Origin: Chiloscyllium plagiosum
Lineage: Eukaryota
Assembly: GCF_004010195.1 (NCBI RefSeq)
Contig: NC_057727.1
Span: 69,856,171-69,920,170, forward strand
DNA: 64,000 nt
Direction: 5' to 3'
Positions 51,825-64,000 of this stretch are shown piece by piece. Under the pieces are notes generated by a model that was given only the letters and a program-made list of their open reading frames with translations, did not search any database and was not told where the DNA came from. The stretch's first letter is position 1; the number at the start of each line of letters is the position of its first letter. The position numbers were made by a program, and so were the translations under genes.

Positions 51825-52992
51825 CCAATGGCTTTATGCGTGGGAAATCATGTCTCACAAACTTGATTGAGTTTTTTTTTGAAGAAGTAACAAAGAGGGT
51901 TGATGAGGGCAGAGCAGTAGATGTGATCTATGGACTTCAGCAAGGCATTTGACAAGGTTCCCCATGGGAGACTGGTGAGCAAGGTTAGATCTCACGGAAT
52001 ACAGGGAGAACTAGCAGTTTGGGAACAGAACTTGCTCAAAGGTACAAGACAGAGGGTGGTGGTGGTGGAAGGCTGTTTTTCCAGACTGGAGGCCTGTGAC
52101 CAGTGGAGTGCTGCAAGGATTGGTGCTGGGTCCACTACTTTTCATCCTTTTTATATAAATAATTTGGATGTGAGCATAAGAGATACAGTTAGTAAGATTG
52201 CTGATGACACCAAAACTGGAGGTGTAGTGGACAGCAAAGGAGGTTACCTCAGATTACAACGGAATCTTGATGGTAAGGTCCGAGGGAATGTTGCTGAACA
52301 AAGAGACCTTGGAGTGCAGGTTCATAGCTCTTTGAAAGTGGAGTCGCAGGTAGATAGGATAATGAAGGCGTTTAGTATGCTTTCCTTTATTGGTCAGAGT
52401 ATTGAGTACAGGAGTTGGGAGGTCATGTTGCGGCTGTACAGGATATTGGTTAGGCCACTGTTGAAATATTGCGTGCAATTCTGGTCTCCTTCCTATCGGA
52501 AAGATGTTGTGAAACTTGAAAGGGTTCAGAAAAGATTTACAAGGATGTTGCCAGGGTTGGAGGATTTGAGCTAGAGGGAGAGGTTGAATAGGCTGAGGCT
52601 GTATTCCCTGGTGTGTTGGAGGCTGAGGAGTGGCCCTATAGAGGTTTATAAAATAATGACTGGCGTGGATAGGGTAAATAGACAAAGTCTTTTCCCTGGG
52701 GTTAGGGAGTCCAGAACCTGAGGGCATAGGTTTAGGGTGAGAGGGGAAAGGTATAAAAGGGACCTAAGGGGCATCTTTATCACGCAGAGGGTGGTATGTG
52801 TATGGAATGAGCTGCCAGAGGATGTGGTGGAGGCTGCAACATTTAAGAGGCATTTGGATGGGTATATGAATAGGAAGGGTTTGGAGGGATATGGGCCGGG
52901 TGCTGGCAGGTGGGACTAGATTGGGTTGGGATATCTGGTCAGCATGGACGAGTTGCACCGAAGGGTCTGATTCCGTGCTGTACATCTCTATA
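51825..52992 (+). mobile_element. CR1 LINE, RT and 3' end
   Basis: ORF 51930..52574 contains MDFSKAFDKVPH, IADDTK and LERVQKRFTRMLPGL; frameshifted; 3' tail present. Confidence 0.92.
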
Positions 52993-53769
52993 ACTTTAAA
53001 CCCACGACCTCTACCACCTAAAAGAACGAGGTCAGCAAATGAATGGGGACTGTTGCATGCTCCTTCAGATCTACACACCAGCAAAACTTGAAATTCCATT
53101 GTCACTTCCCTCATTGCTAAGAGGAGATTTTGACCCATTGACAATGTGGGTGTCTACACCACTTGGACTGCAGTGGTTCACCACCATTTTCTCCTGGTCA
53201 GTTAGAAATGGGATATAAATGCTAGCCTAGTCTGCAATGCCCATGTCCCACAAAATAATTTCAAACAACTTAGATGATTACAGATGAAGATTATTTTGAG
53301 GCCAAAGCCTGGTTATTGGTATTTTCACTACACCAAAGAATGACATGTGGATGAAAAGCTGCTCAAGGAACAGCTTGAGTTGTCATAACTGAATGATAGA
53401 GGCTTGGAGCAACTTGTTTAAAGCAGCAAAGCTATTATCAAGAAACCATTCAGAAAACTTATCTCTGGACCTGTGCCCCTCCCAGACGTTAGCACTTCTG
53501 ATTTCTTCAGCTTATCCTAATGTAGCTGCTGTTGAGAGGGGGTTGGTGAAATGACCTCGGTGTTATACCAAACACGAGAGTTGCTGCTGAGACCTTCAGT
53601 GCCTTGTTCTCCTACCTCCTGAACTGTTAAAGTTTGCAATCTGAAGACATTTCAGTTCTAAAGGATGTTAAAAGCTCCATGGAATGAGCATCTCATGATA
53701 TCCCATGTTCAAGCATGTTTCAATGCCAAGTCCTTGATATTGTCAGTGTCGGCATTCTAGGAATTACAA

Positions 53770-54022
53770 TGGGAAAACAGGCCATCGAGTCCATACCACC
53801 CCTCTGAAGGGCATCTCATCCAGACCCAACACTTACCCTATCCCTGTAACCCTGCATTATCCATGGCTAATCCACCTGGCCTGCACATCTTTGGACTGTG
53901 GGAGGAAACCTAAAGGGGCGTATGTGCAAAGACCACACAGATAGTCACCTGAGGCTGGAATTGAACTCAGGTCTCTGGTGTTGTGTGGCAGCAGTGCTAA
54001 GCACTGAGCCACCATGCAGCCC
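53770..54022 (-). mobile_element. HE1-like V-SINE
   Basis: ctttggactgtgggaggaaacc...ggaattgaactc...gcagtgctaagcactgagccacc. Confidence 0.8.
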
Positions 54023-54364
54023 TAAATTGAGAAAGCAGATTTGATAGAATTAAGCAACATGTTGCAATGTCACTGCTGTTGCTTATGATGCAAGTTAATA
54101 GGCAGTGGCACTGTTACTAAACGTCATACTAAATGGTATTTTAACAGCTTGGATCTGGGGTTGGTCAACAATGGGACTTGATTACAATGAACTATTATGA
54201 TCTACTTTGGATTGTTTTGTGTATCTTTCTACAACCAAGGGACAAATGATTCATTCGACCAAATGTTATTTGTTTAATTCCCTCACGGGATGTGGGTGTC
54301 ACTGGATAGCCAGCATTTATTGCCCATCCCTAGTTCTTCTTGATAAGGCAGTGGTGAACTGCCA

Positions 54365-55098
54365 AACTGTCATTTTGTGGGTCAAACCAGGGCAGAAGTT
54401 GTACAGTCAATACTAGGGCCCTGGGGAGTGTTACTGAACAAGGAGATCTAGGGGTACAGATTTGCAGCTCCTTGAAGGTGGAATTGCATGTAGACAGGGT
54501 AGTGAAGAAAGCTTTTTGGCATACTTTCATCTGTCAGAACATTGAGCATCGGAGTTGGACATCTTGTTGTAGCTGTATGAGACGTTGGTGAAGCCATGTT
54601 TGGAGTACAGCATGCAGTTCTGGTTGCACTACTATATAAAGAATATTATTAAACTAAAAAGAGTGCTATCTGGGCTGGAAGGTTTGAATTATAAAGAGAG
54701 GTTAGATAGGTTTCCCTGGAGCATAGGAAACTGAGGAGTGACCTAATAGTGGTCTATAAAATACTGAGATATAAATGTGTATATATAAGGTAGGTAGTGG
54801 ACAGCTTTTCATAGTGGAGAAGTCCAAAACTAGAGGGCATAGGTTTAAGGGGAGAGATACAAGAGGATTCAGAAAGGCACTTTTTTCAGAGGGTGGTGAG
54901 TGTTTGGAACAGGCTGCCATAGTTCATGGTGGAAATGAGTAAAGTTGTGTCATTTAGACAGGAATATGGATGGGATAAGTATGGAGGGATATGGACCCAA
55001 ACAGAGGCAAATGGGACTAGTTTGATTATGAAAACTTGGCAGCATGGGCAAGTGGGCTGAAGAGCCTGTTTCCATGCTGTGGGCCCCTATGACTCTCT
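54365..55098 (+). mobile_element. CR1 3' fragment nested in the LINE
   Basis: gggagtgttactgaacaaggagatctagggg...ctatgactct; flanked by ctgcca and ctacca. Confidence 0.8.
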
Positions 55099-57229
55099 CT
55101 ACCATCTTGAATTGTTGCTGATCACTTGTGGGTGTGCCCACATTGCTCTTAAGGAGGATGTTAAAGGATTTTAAACCTGTGATACTGAAAGGAATACCAT
55201 ACATTTCCAGGTCAGGATGGTGAGTAGCTTGGAGAGGGAACCTGCAGGTGGTGATGTTGCAATGTATCTGCTGCCCTTGTTCTTCTAGATGAAACCGGTC
55301 AGGAATTTGGAAGGTACTGTCTAAGGAGCTTCAGTGAATTTCTGTACTGCATCTTTTAGATGGTGCATGCTGTTGCTACTAACCATCCTTTGTGGATATT
55401 GTGAATTGTGCCAAACAAGTAGGCTGCTTACCCTAGACAGTGTGGAGCTTCTTTGAGAGTTGTTGGAACTGCATGCAACTTGATGAGTGGGGATTATTTC
55501 ATCATATTCTTGACTCTTGCCTTGCAAATTGTGGGCAGATTTTGGGGAGTCAGGAGGTGAATTACTCATTACAAGATTCCTAGCCTCTGACCTTCACTTG
55601 CAGCTGCAGTAGTTAGATGACAAGTCAACTTCAGTACAGCCAGGATGTTGATAATGGGTGATTGAGCGATTGTAATGCAATTGATGTGATTGTTAGATTC
55701 TCTCTCATTTGAGATGGGCGTTGCCTGACACTTGTGTGGTGCCAAACCTGGATATTGTCCAGATCTTATTGCATTCTGGCACAGATGGCTTCATTACCTG
55801 TGGGATTGCAAATGGTGTGCAATCATCATAAAACATTCCCTCTTCTAAATTTATGATGGTAGCAAGGTCATTAATGAAGCCGCTAGAGATGGTTGGGCCT
55901 CGGACACTACCCTGAGGAACTACTGCAGAGATATCTTGGAGCTGAGGTGACTGACCCCCAACAATCGCAACCATCTTACTTTGTGCCAGGTGTAACTCCA
56001 ACCAGTGGAGAGTTTTCCCCCCGACTTCCAATTATTCCAGTTTTGCTTGGTCTCCATGGTGCCGCATTCAGTTAAATGCGACCTTGATGTCGAGCGTTGT
56101 CCCTCTCTCCTCTCCTCTGGAATTCAGCATCTTTGTCCGTGTTTGAACCAAGACTGTAACGAAATCAGGAGCTGAATGGCCCTGATGGAACCTAAACTGG
56201 TTATTGCTGAGCTGGTGCTGCTGGATAACGTTGGCGGCATCTTCCATCACTTCACTGATGATGGAGAGCAGACTGGTGGGGCAGTGATTTGCTGGGTTGG
56301 ATTTGTCCAGTTTTTAGTGCACAGGACATAATTGGAAGTTGGGGGAAAACTCTCTGCTAGTTGGAGTTACACCTGGCACCAAGGATATAGCTGGGCAATT
56401 TTCCACATTGCTGGGTAAATTCCAGTGTTATAGCTGTATTGGAATGGCTTGGCGAGGAGTTTGCCAAGTTCTAGAGCATGTTTTTAGTGATATTGCCAGA
56501 ATGTTGTCATGGCCCATGGCCTTTGCAGAACTTCAGCCATTTCTTTACGTCACGTGCAATGAATCCAATTGGCTGAAAACTGGTATCTCTGATGTTGGGG
56601 ATCTCCGGAGGAGACACATGGATAATCCACTTGGCACTTCTGGCTAAAGAGTTCCGCGAATCCATCAACAGTATCTTTTGCACTGATGTGCTGGGGTCCC
56701 CAATCACGAAGGATGTGGATATTTGTGGAGCTGCCTCCTTTAGTGAGTTGTTTCATTGTCCACCACCATTCACAGCTGGATGTGCCATTGTTGCGGGATT
56801 GTTTATCTCCAAATCACTTGCTACTTGTGATTTTGGTGCTCATGTAATCTTGTTTGATAGCTTCACCAGGTTGAATGTTCATTATTGTGGACACTGCTCC
56901 TGGCAAGCCATCCTCCACTGAACCAGGGTTGATCCCCTGGCTTGATGGTAATAGTTGGCTGGGGCTCAAGCAGGCCCAGAAGTTACAGATTATGTTTGAA
57001 TACATCTCTGCTGTTAATGGCCCATAGTGCCTCATGGATGCCCAGTCTTGAGTTGCTAGATCAGTTTGAAGTCTATCTGATTTGGAATGGCAATAGTGTC
57101 TCTCAACACTATGGAGGGTTTTCTGAATGTGAAGGTGGGACTTGATCTCCACAAACACCATGTGGTGGTCATTCTTGCTGATAGTGTTATGAACAGATGC
57201 AGCTGTGGTGGGCAGCTTGATGAGAATAA

Positions 57230-57373
57230 GGGCAGTTAAGTGAAGTGGCCATGCTAATTTGCCTGTAGTGTTGGGTGCATTAGTCAGGGGAATACGTCTG
57301 GGTGTGTTGCTCTACGGAGGGTGTGGACTTGTTGGGCCGAAGGGCCTGTTTACACACTGTAGGGAATCTAATC
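57230..57373 (+). mobile_element. HE1-like SINE 3' fragment nested in the LINE
   Basis: gtggccatgctaatttgcctgtagtg...gggccgaagggcctgtttacacactgtagggaatctaatc. Confidence 0.8.
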
Positions 57374-58726
57374 ATTTCAAAATTGTGTTTTTCCCTCGTG
57401 TTGGTTCCCTCATTACCTGCCGCAGACCCAGGCTAGCAGCTAGGTCCTTTCGGACCCGACCAGTTCAATCAGCAGTGCTGCTGCCGAGCCCCTTTAGATG
57501 GTGGACATTGAAATCCCCTACCCAGAGTACATTGTGTGCCCTTGCCACACAGTTTTCTGCAAGTGCTGTTCAACATTGAGGAGTATTGATTCATCAGCTG
57601 ATGTTGGACTGTACACGGTAATCAGCAGGACGTTTTCGTGCCCATGCGTGACCTGAAGCCAAGAGTGTTCATGAGGCCCAGAGTCAATTTTGAGGCCTCC
57701 CAGGCATTTACTCACCTGACTGTATACCACTGTGCTGCCACATCTTGTGGGACAGGACATATCCAGGAATTGTGATGGTGTGTCTGTGATGCTTCTGTAA
57801 GTATGATTGTCAGGCTGTAACTTGACTAGTCTGGGAGACCACGCTCCTCATATTGGCATTAACTCCTAGATGTTAATAAGAAGGATATTGCAAGGTAGAC
57901 GGGGCTGAATTTCCCATTGATCTTTTCTGTTCGATGCCAGCTGATCCATCTGATTTTTATTTTTCCCTTTTTTAGCAACTGTGTGGCTTGCTAGGCCACT
58001 TCAGAGGGTGGTTAACAGTCAATTACATTGCAGTGGGTTTGGAGTAGGTAAGGTCATCAGTTTCCACCTTTTCTAGGGAATCCAGATGATGGCCTTTTTA
58101 CCACAAGAGTTTCATGGTCATCATTAGACTTTTAATTCAGGATTTTTAAAATTGAATTCACATATTTACCATCAGCCCAAATGGGATTCGAACCCAGGTC
58201 CCCAGTCATGAACTGGGTGTCTGGATTTCTCATCCACTGAGAATACCATTAGGCCATTGCAGTGTCTTTTGAGTCAATCCAATAAAAATGTTAAACACAA
58301 AACCACTGTTAAGTGGTTCAGCCAAATAGCTGAACTTGTCTACTTAAGAATCTAGATAAGTACCTGAGTGGGTGGGAATGAAATAGGGAGGTTGTATTGA
58401 TGGAGTGAGAGGGAGGTATCTGAGAGGAGGCTGTTGGGCAGATTGACATTATCATTGGTATGCATGTTGACGGACATTGGCTCCCAATCCAGTGACTGAT
58501 TTTAAAATTCTTATCAACTCCCTCTAGGGCTTCACTCTTCCCTGGCTCTGAATGTTCCACTTCAACTTTTCCAGATGTTTGCATTTCAGTTCTCTCTTGA
58601 TGAACATAATGCTTATACCCCATTTTAATTGCTGTACTATTAGAGGCAATAACTTTGGTTGCCAATGCTATAAGCCATGGAATTTCAGTCCAAAATCTGT
58701 CTCCCTCCCTGTGTGGCTCTTTCAGC

Positions 58727-58767
58727 CATGTGTGTGTGCGCGTGTGTGTGTGTGTGCACGCGTGTGT
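58727..58767. repeat. alternating purine-pyrimidine TG/CG microsatellite
   Basis: catgtgtgtgtgcgcgtgtgtgtgtgtgtgcacgcgtgtgt read directly. Confidence 0.9.
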
Positions 58768-61264
58768 CTCTCTCTGTGGTCAGCTGGTCAGTTTGTGCAC
58801 TCTAAATCCCACTCAATTTTGATTGTCCTCCAATATAGAATACAGACACTGCCCTCTCCCTGATGAATTAATGGGGCTGACTTGAGAATTTTTCGGCAAA
58901 TAGAGTGACTGTCCAGAACAGGCTGTTCTGACCTCATTTCATACATTCGAGCAAAACAACTCCAAATCTTTTCAGGGTCAGTGCAATGGAGAGAAGGACG
59001 AGAATTTAAAACTGTGATTTTAAATGGACGCTAATTATGATCCTCTTTGCCCCAACCAAGATTTTGAAGGCACTTTCACTTTGGTGACTAACTGTTCTAG
59101 AATCGCAGTGTTAGCAGGGAAAGTTCCACCCAATGTGCCTTTACCTGGTACAGGCCACCACGTTTCCACTGAACCCTGGTTCTGCATTAGTTGGCCTTTA
59201 TTAGTAGCAATTGTACTAAATAATTGGGAAACTGCAGAATGCTCTGAAAGTACGACTGCAAGGTGTGAAATCCAGCACAAGGCATCCCTCTGGGCAGCTT
59301 GAATTCAAAATCCCTTAAGAATTCCTGCACCATAAAGGTTCTAGAGATATGCAGCCAGCCAACATTGGGCATCAGAGAAGTTCGAAAGAATGACACTATT
59401 AGGGTCAGTTCAAGTGTGAATGCAATCCCTTTACTTATTGGATAAAATAGCTCCTCATCCATCAAAGCTTTCACGCTTAAGAGCATAAGATAATGACAGA
59501 ATTAACGTAGGTTCATGCATTCAAAAAGAGAGGTTTGTGTCAGGTGAGTGGTTCAGTCCTAGTGGTTCAGTGATAGTTGGGAGATTCCATTGCTTGTGAA
59601 TAAGTTACTACAAAGTTACACAACAGAGATCCCTGTCCTTCCTGTTCAAAAATGTGTAAAAGCCATATAACAATTTATAAAATGAGAGGTTAGGTCTCTT
59701 AATCTTTTTCCAACTTTTGACCAGGTCAGTAAGTTGAAGGCATTTTACAGCATTAAGTCAACAGCTTCAGACCTCGATCACTCATCCTGTTTTCTCTTGC
59801 GGCAGAGTTTAACCATTTAACGCCATTGTTGGATCCATCCTTTGATTCTATAATTGTCAATATCACCTCCCCCTTGCCCCACGTGATCTGAATTCTGGAG
59901 TGAAACCAACCCTTGCAGGTTTAACATCTTGCACTTCACCAAAAGGCCATCAGAACAAATACTAAACAGATGTTCAGTATTTGCAGTATTTCGCTGACGA
60001 AATGTGAATTCTCATTACACTCCATGAATGCAGCCTGGCTGTGTTGGGTTGCCAACCGTCTGGGACTAAAGAGAAATCTCTTCTGTTTGCAACCAAAAAG
60101 CAGCAACATGGGAGCATTTTAAACGTATTGTTTTCCCACGAACTTGTCTGTGTATTCATTGTCAAAATCCTAAAGGTAGAGAAAAGGCTTTTTGAACAGC
60201 GATCAAGAATCATCCATTCCTCCTATAAAGACTCTTTGTTTCCAGTCAAGGTGAGAAAAGGTGGATGTGTCTGTTGAGCAATGGCAATCACTGTATGAAA
60301 TCGCTGAAAAATGTCCAACTGGAGTTGGCAACACTAGCCCTGCTGAGCTTCAATAGTCATCATCTATCGGTGTCAGTGAATTAAGGAACTGCTGCACAGC
60401 CAAAGTATTAACTTCGCAAAAGATAACGCAGTGCCACTCCTTAACCCCTGCCCCCAAACTTGAAGAAAAAATGTTGACTGCTCACAAAGGGCCTCAAGTA
60501 TTAAAGCCGTGACATGGAAATGTTGCCAATGGAATGCAAGAAGACATGAGCCAACCCCTTAAGCTGTAGCTACACCCAACAGTTCCTTCACTCACATTGG
60601 AGAACGTAAGCCATTAATTGCAAAAAGCTTTGAAGTGTGATCCAAGGCAGAAGATTTGTTTGCCAGAAGTTTGGAGGCTGTGTCCCTCTTGAAGATGCTG
60701 CTTCTCATTTATTTATTTTGGTGCTTTTTGAACAGATAGGCCTTTGATTCATCTGTATGTAAAGTTAAAGAGCTATTTGCACAACATATTCAAAAAAATT
60801 TGTTGTCCGCAATTTGGATTTTTTTTTAATGTAGAGGTTAAAACTTATACTTCCCAGTAGTATCAGATTTTTTGATTTTAGGGGAAGCTTTAATTATATT
60901 TTTTTTCAAAAAATTGTCGAAAGGCAGTCTTGTTCAGTTCAGGATCATGATGGCGAGAGAGTTGACTCAAAGTTAGAATTGTACTCAGCATTTCCATATG
61001 TTGGCACACACTGGCTGACTGACAGTCACCGATATCTGGAGAATGCTAGACGGCAATAGGCTATTCTGGTCAATCATATTTCTTAGCTCACAATGGAGGA
61101 GAAGTGTGTGTTGCATGAGTTTCAACAGACCACTCATTCTGTTATTTCCCCAAAAATGATCTCAAGTCAGTTATCCTTCTCAGAGGTGTCCAGTCACAAC
61201 TTCACAGGTGCTCTTTGTCATGCCTTCCACAACTCCAGGTACTCCTCCAGAAATCCCTCTGATT

Positions 61265-62350
61265 TCTGCTAGCCATTTGGATACAGAACTGGCTCAAAGG
61301 TAGAAGACAGAGGGTGGTGGTGGAGGGTTGTTTTTCAGACTGGAGGCCTGTGACCAGTGGAGTGCCACAAGGATCGGTGCTGGGTCCACTGATTTTTGTC
61401 ATTTATATAAATGATTTGGATGTGAGCATAGCAGGTATAGTTAGTAAGTTTGTAGATGACACCAAAATTGAAGGTGTAGTGGACAGTGAAGAAGGTTACC
61501 TCAGATTACAATGGGATCTTGATCAGATGGGCCAATGGGCTGAGAAGTGGCAGATGGAGTTTAATTTAGACAAATGTGAGGTGCTGTATTTTGGAAACGC
61601 AAATCTTAGCAGGATTTATACCCTTTCTAGTAAGGTTCTGGGGAGTGTTGCTGAACAAAGAGACCTTGGAGTGCAGGTTCATAGCTCCTTGAAAGTGGAG
61701 CCACAGGTAGATAGAATAGTGAAGAAGGCATTTGGTATGCTTTCCTTTATTGGTCAGAGTATTGAGTACAGGAGTTGGGAGGCCATGCTGCAGCTGTACA
61801 GGAATTGGTTAAGCCACTGTTGGTCTCCTTCCTATCGGAAAGATGTTGTGAAACTTGAAAGGGTTCAGAAAAGATTTACAAGGATGTTGCCAGGGTTGGA
61901 GGATTTGAGCTATAGAGAGAGGCTGAACAGGCTGGGGCTGTTTTCCCTGGAGCGTCGGCGGCTGGGGGGGGGTGACCTTTATCGAGGTTTACAAAATCAT
62001 GAGGGGCATGGATAGGATAAATAGACAGTCTTTTCCCTAAGGTCGGGGAGTCCAGAACTAGAGGGCATAGGTTTAGGGTGAGAGGGGAAAGATATAAAAG
62101 AGACCTAAGGGGCAACATTTTCACGTAGAGGGTGGTACGTGAATGGAATGAGCTGCCAGAGGAAGTGGTAGAGGCTGGTACAATTGCAACATTTTAAAAG
62201 GCATCTGGATGGGTATATGAATAGGAAGGGTTTGAAGGGATATGGGCTGAGTGCTGGCAAGTGGGACTAGATTGGGTCGGGATATCTAGTCGGCATGGAT
62301 AAGTTGGACTGAAGGGTCTGTTTCCATGCTGTACATCTCTCTGACTCTAT
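61265..62350 (+). mobile_element. CR1 LINE, RT and 3' end, relatively young
   Basis: ORF 61314..62015 contains SGVPQGSVLGPLIFVIYINDLD, SKFVDDTK and WQMEFNLDKC; tail ctctctgactctat. Confidence 0.93.
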
Positions 62351-64000
62351 TTGTCACATCCTTCATTTAGTGCTTTCCCTTCAGAATGCAAACTGACTGT
62401 TCAAGTCCGAGTTGACTTCTGTCCTGATGACACTGCAGCAATGACTGAGTTGACCATGCAATAGTGAGGGTGTGTGCTCGAAAATCAAGCTACTTGGTAC
62501 CATGGCAAGTTACCAGCAAGTGAGGCCAAATGTCCTGCTGACTTTGCACCTTCTGTCTCAATGTTTTGTATTAATTTCACAGGACTTTGGTGCCACCATT
62601 AGCATTTATTGCCCATCCCTAAACAGTTGGGTGCCTTACTTGGTTATTTATAAGGTAGTTAAGAGTCAGTTACATGACTGTGTCCATCTGGACTCATGTA
62701 GACCCAATAAAATAGGATAGCAGATTGCTTTCTCTAAAGAGCATTAATGAATCAGAAGGATTTTTACAACAATTCATGTTTACCGTTATTAATGCCAACT
62801 TTTTATTTCAGAGCTATCTTTGTTTTAATGAAATTCAGTTCCCCAGCTGCCCTGGTGGCATTTGAACTTGTCTCCAGATCATTAGTCTAGGCTTCTGGAT
62901 TACTCACTTGGTGACAGAACCACTATGCTGCGTTATCCTGGTAAATCGGTATGTTTATCATTAGCAGTACTGATATTAACCAAAACTTCTGTTACTGGCT
63001 CTTAATGTATTGGTCTTAAGTTACTGACTAGAAGTAAGTTGGTAACTTGCCAGAAATCTTGAAAGCCAGTTCCCAAAAAAAGTCCCGGGAAAGATGAGAG
63101 ATGGGTAATTGTGGACCATCGGTTTCAACGCATTATAAAAGAGGCTGTTGATATCTTGCTCTGTGTGCCTCAGGTCTCTGCATTAGGCTAACACAATTAT
63201 ACTGTCTTTGTGCCAACAACAGAATGAAGCAGTTTATGACTTTTTAAAATCAAATAATATAAGCAGGATATAGAAGCACAGCCAAAAAAGCAGGAACAGT
63301 GATTTTTGAGGGTATCATGACATTTGATTGAGCAAACTGGTGTTTGTTCATCTGGAAAAGTGAAGATTAAGAGGAGAGCTGATAAACGATCTTTCATGGA
63401 GGGATGGGTGTGTACTAGCTATTTCCTCGTGGATGAGTCCAGTTCAAGGGGGCAGGAACATAAAGTAGCTATTAACAACAACTTGATAAAAGACTTGGAA
63501 GGAATTATTTTGAACAGAATGTCACAAATAGGGAACTAACTGCTGTTTGGGAACGGCCGAAGCAGATAGCATTATGATATAGGGGAGACTTGATGCGTGC
63601 TTGCAAGGCAAGGAAGGATAGGGATATGTGGGTTGCTGCTCCAAATGGCCTGTTTCTGGTCTGTAGCCAGTTAGTTGTATGCACGTTTCCTCATTGATAC
63701 CTCACTAATAACATGAAATAAAACACCAAGCCACATAACATGATCTATTTACTTCAGGTGACCAGAAAATTGGTCAGAGGTTTTGGTAAGTACTGTGGGA
63801 GTTTTTCAGTACGCTTTTTGGTTTTAACAAACTAGAGAAAATCTTGTCTAAGTTGTACGTAACAGGGTGACAATCAACGTAGTTTGATACAGATAATATG
63901 CCTTGTCAGGATTAATAAATCCAAGGCCTTGCATCTCAAATGGAAGAAATAGCACCTGAACTTGTTTCATACTCCTGATTTTACTGAAGTTCCTTTGTAA

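Larger units (their letters stand above)
54270..57910 (-). mobile_element. long decayed LINE (second family; APE and RT) carrying nested insertions
   Basis: LDIKVAFN, VPQGSVRGPTISSGFINDL, MFYDDC, QFRFHQGHSAPD, LATQDWASMRH, LLITVYSP motifs across frames. Confidence 0.8.

Noticed and set aside
51930-52574. Functional reverse transcriptase genes (also 61314-62015)
   Set aside because: Both are 5'-truncated CR1 copies with frameshifts or deletions.
50784-64000. Next ITPR1 exon (VCNKII-type)
   Set aside because: No matching coding sequence found by eye; the intron apparently extends past the window.
1-64000. Prokaryote-type systems (CRISPR array, operon, retron)
   Set aside because: Spliced vertebrate gene with SINEs and LINEs; no repeat-spacer array or dense coding regions.

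Overview
This is eukaryotic DNA, almost certainly from a shark or other elasmobranch, judging by HE1-like V-SINEs, Deu-domain SINEs and abundant CR1 LINEs. The window lies inside a plus-strand ITPR1 (IP3 receptor type 1) gene. I reconstructed 10 consecutive, phase-compatible coding exons (2869-50783) covering the distal coupling/ARM3 region through the first transmembrane helices; the gene starts before and continues past the window. One intron has a GC donor and one is only 88 bp. The introns are packed with decayed retroelements, and nearly all other ORFs in the track are TE fragments or noise. The most interesting observations are: (1) four Penelope-like element termini, each carrying a degenerate minimal hammerhead ribozyme core (CUGANGA-stem II-GAAAC-GUH); (2) three separate local templated insertions (a 558-bp near-identical direct copy, a ~130-bp inverted copy and a ~57-bp inverted copy); (3) no caspase-3 DEVD site where mammalian ITPR1 has one; (4) a TA-flanked pogo/Tigger-type MITE. 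I found no intact novel protein-coding system. Family names and mammalian comparisons come from recalled motifs, not database searches.
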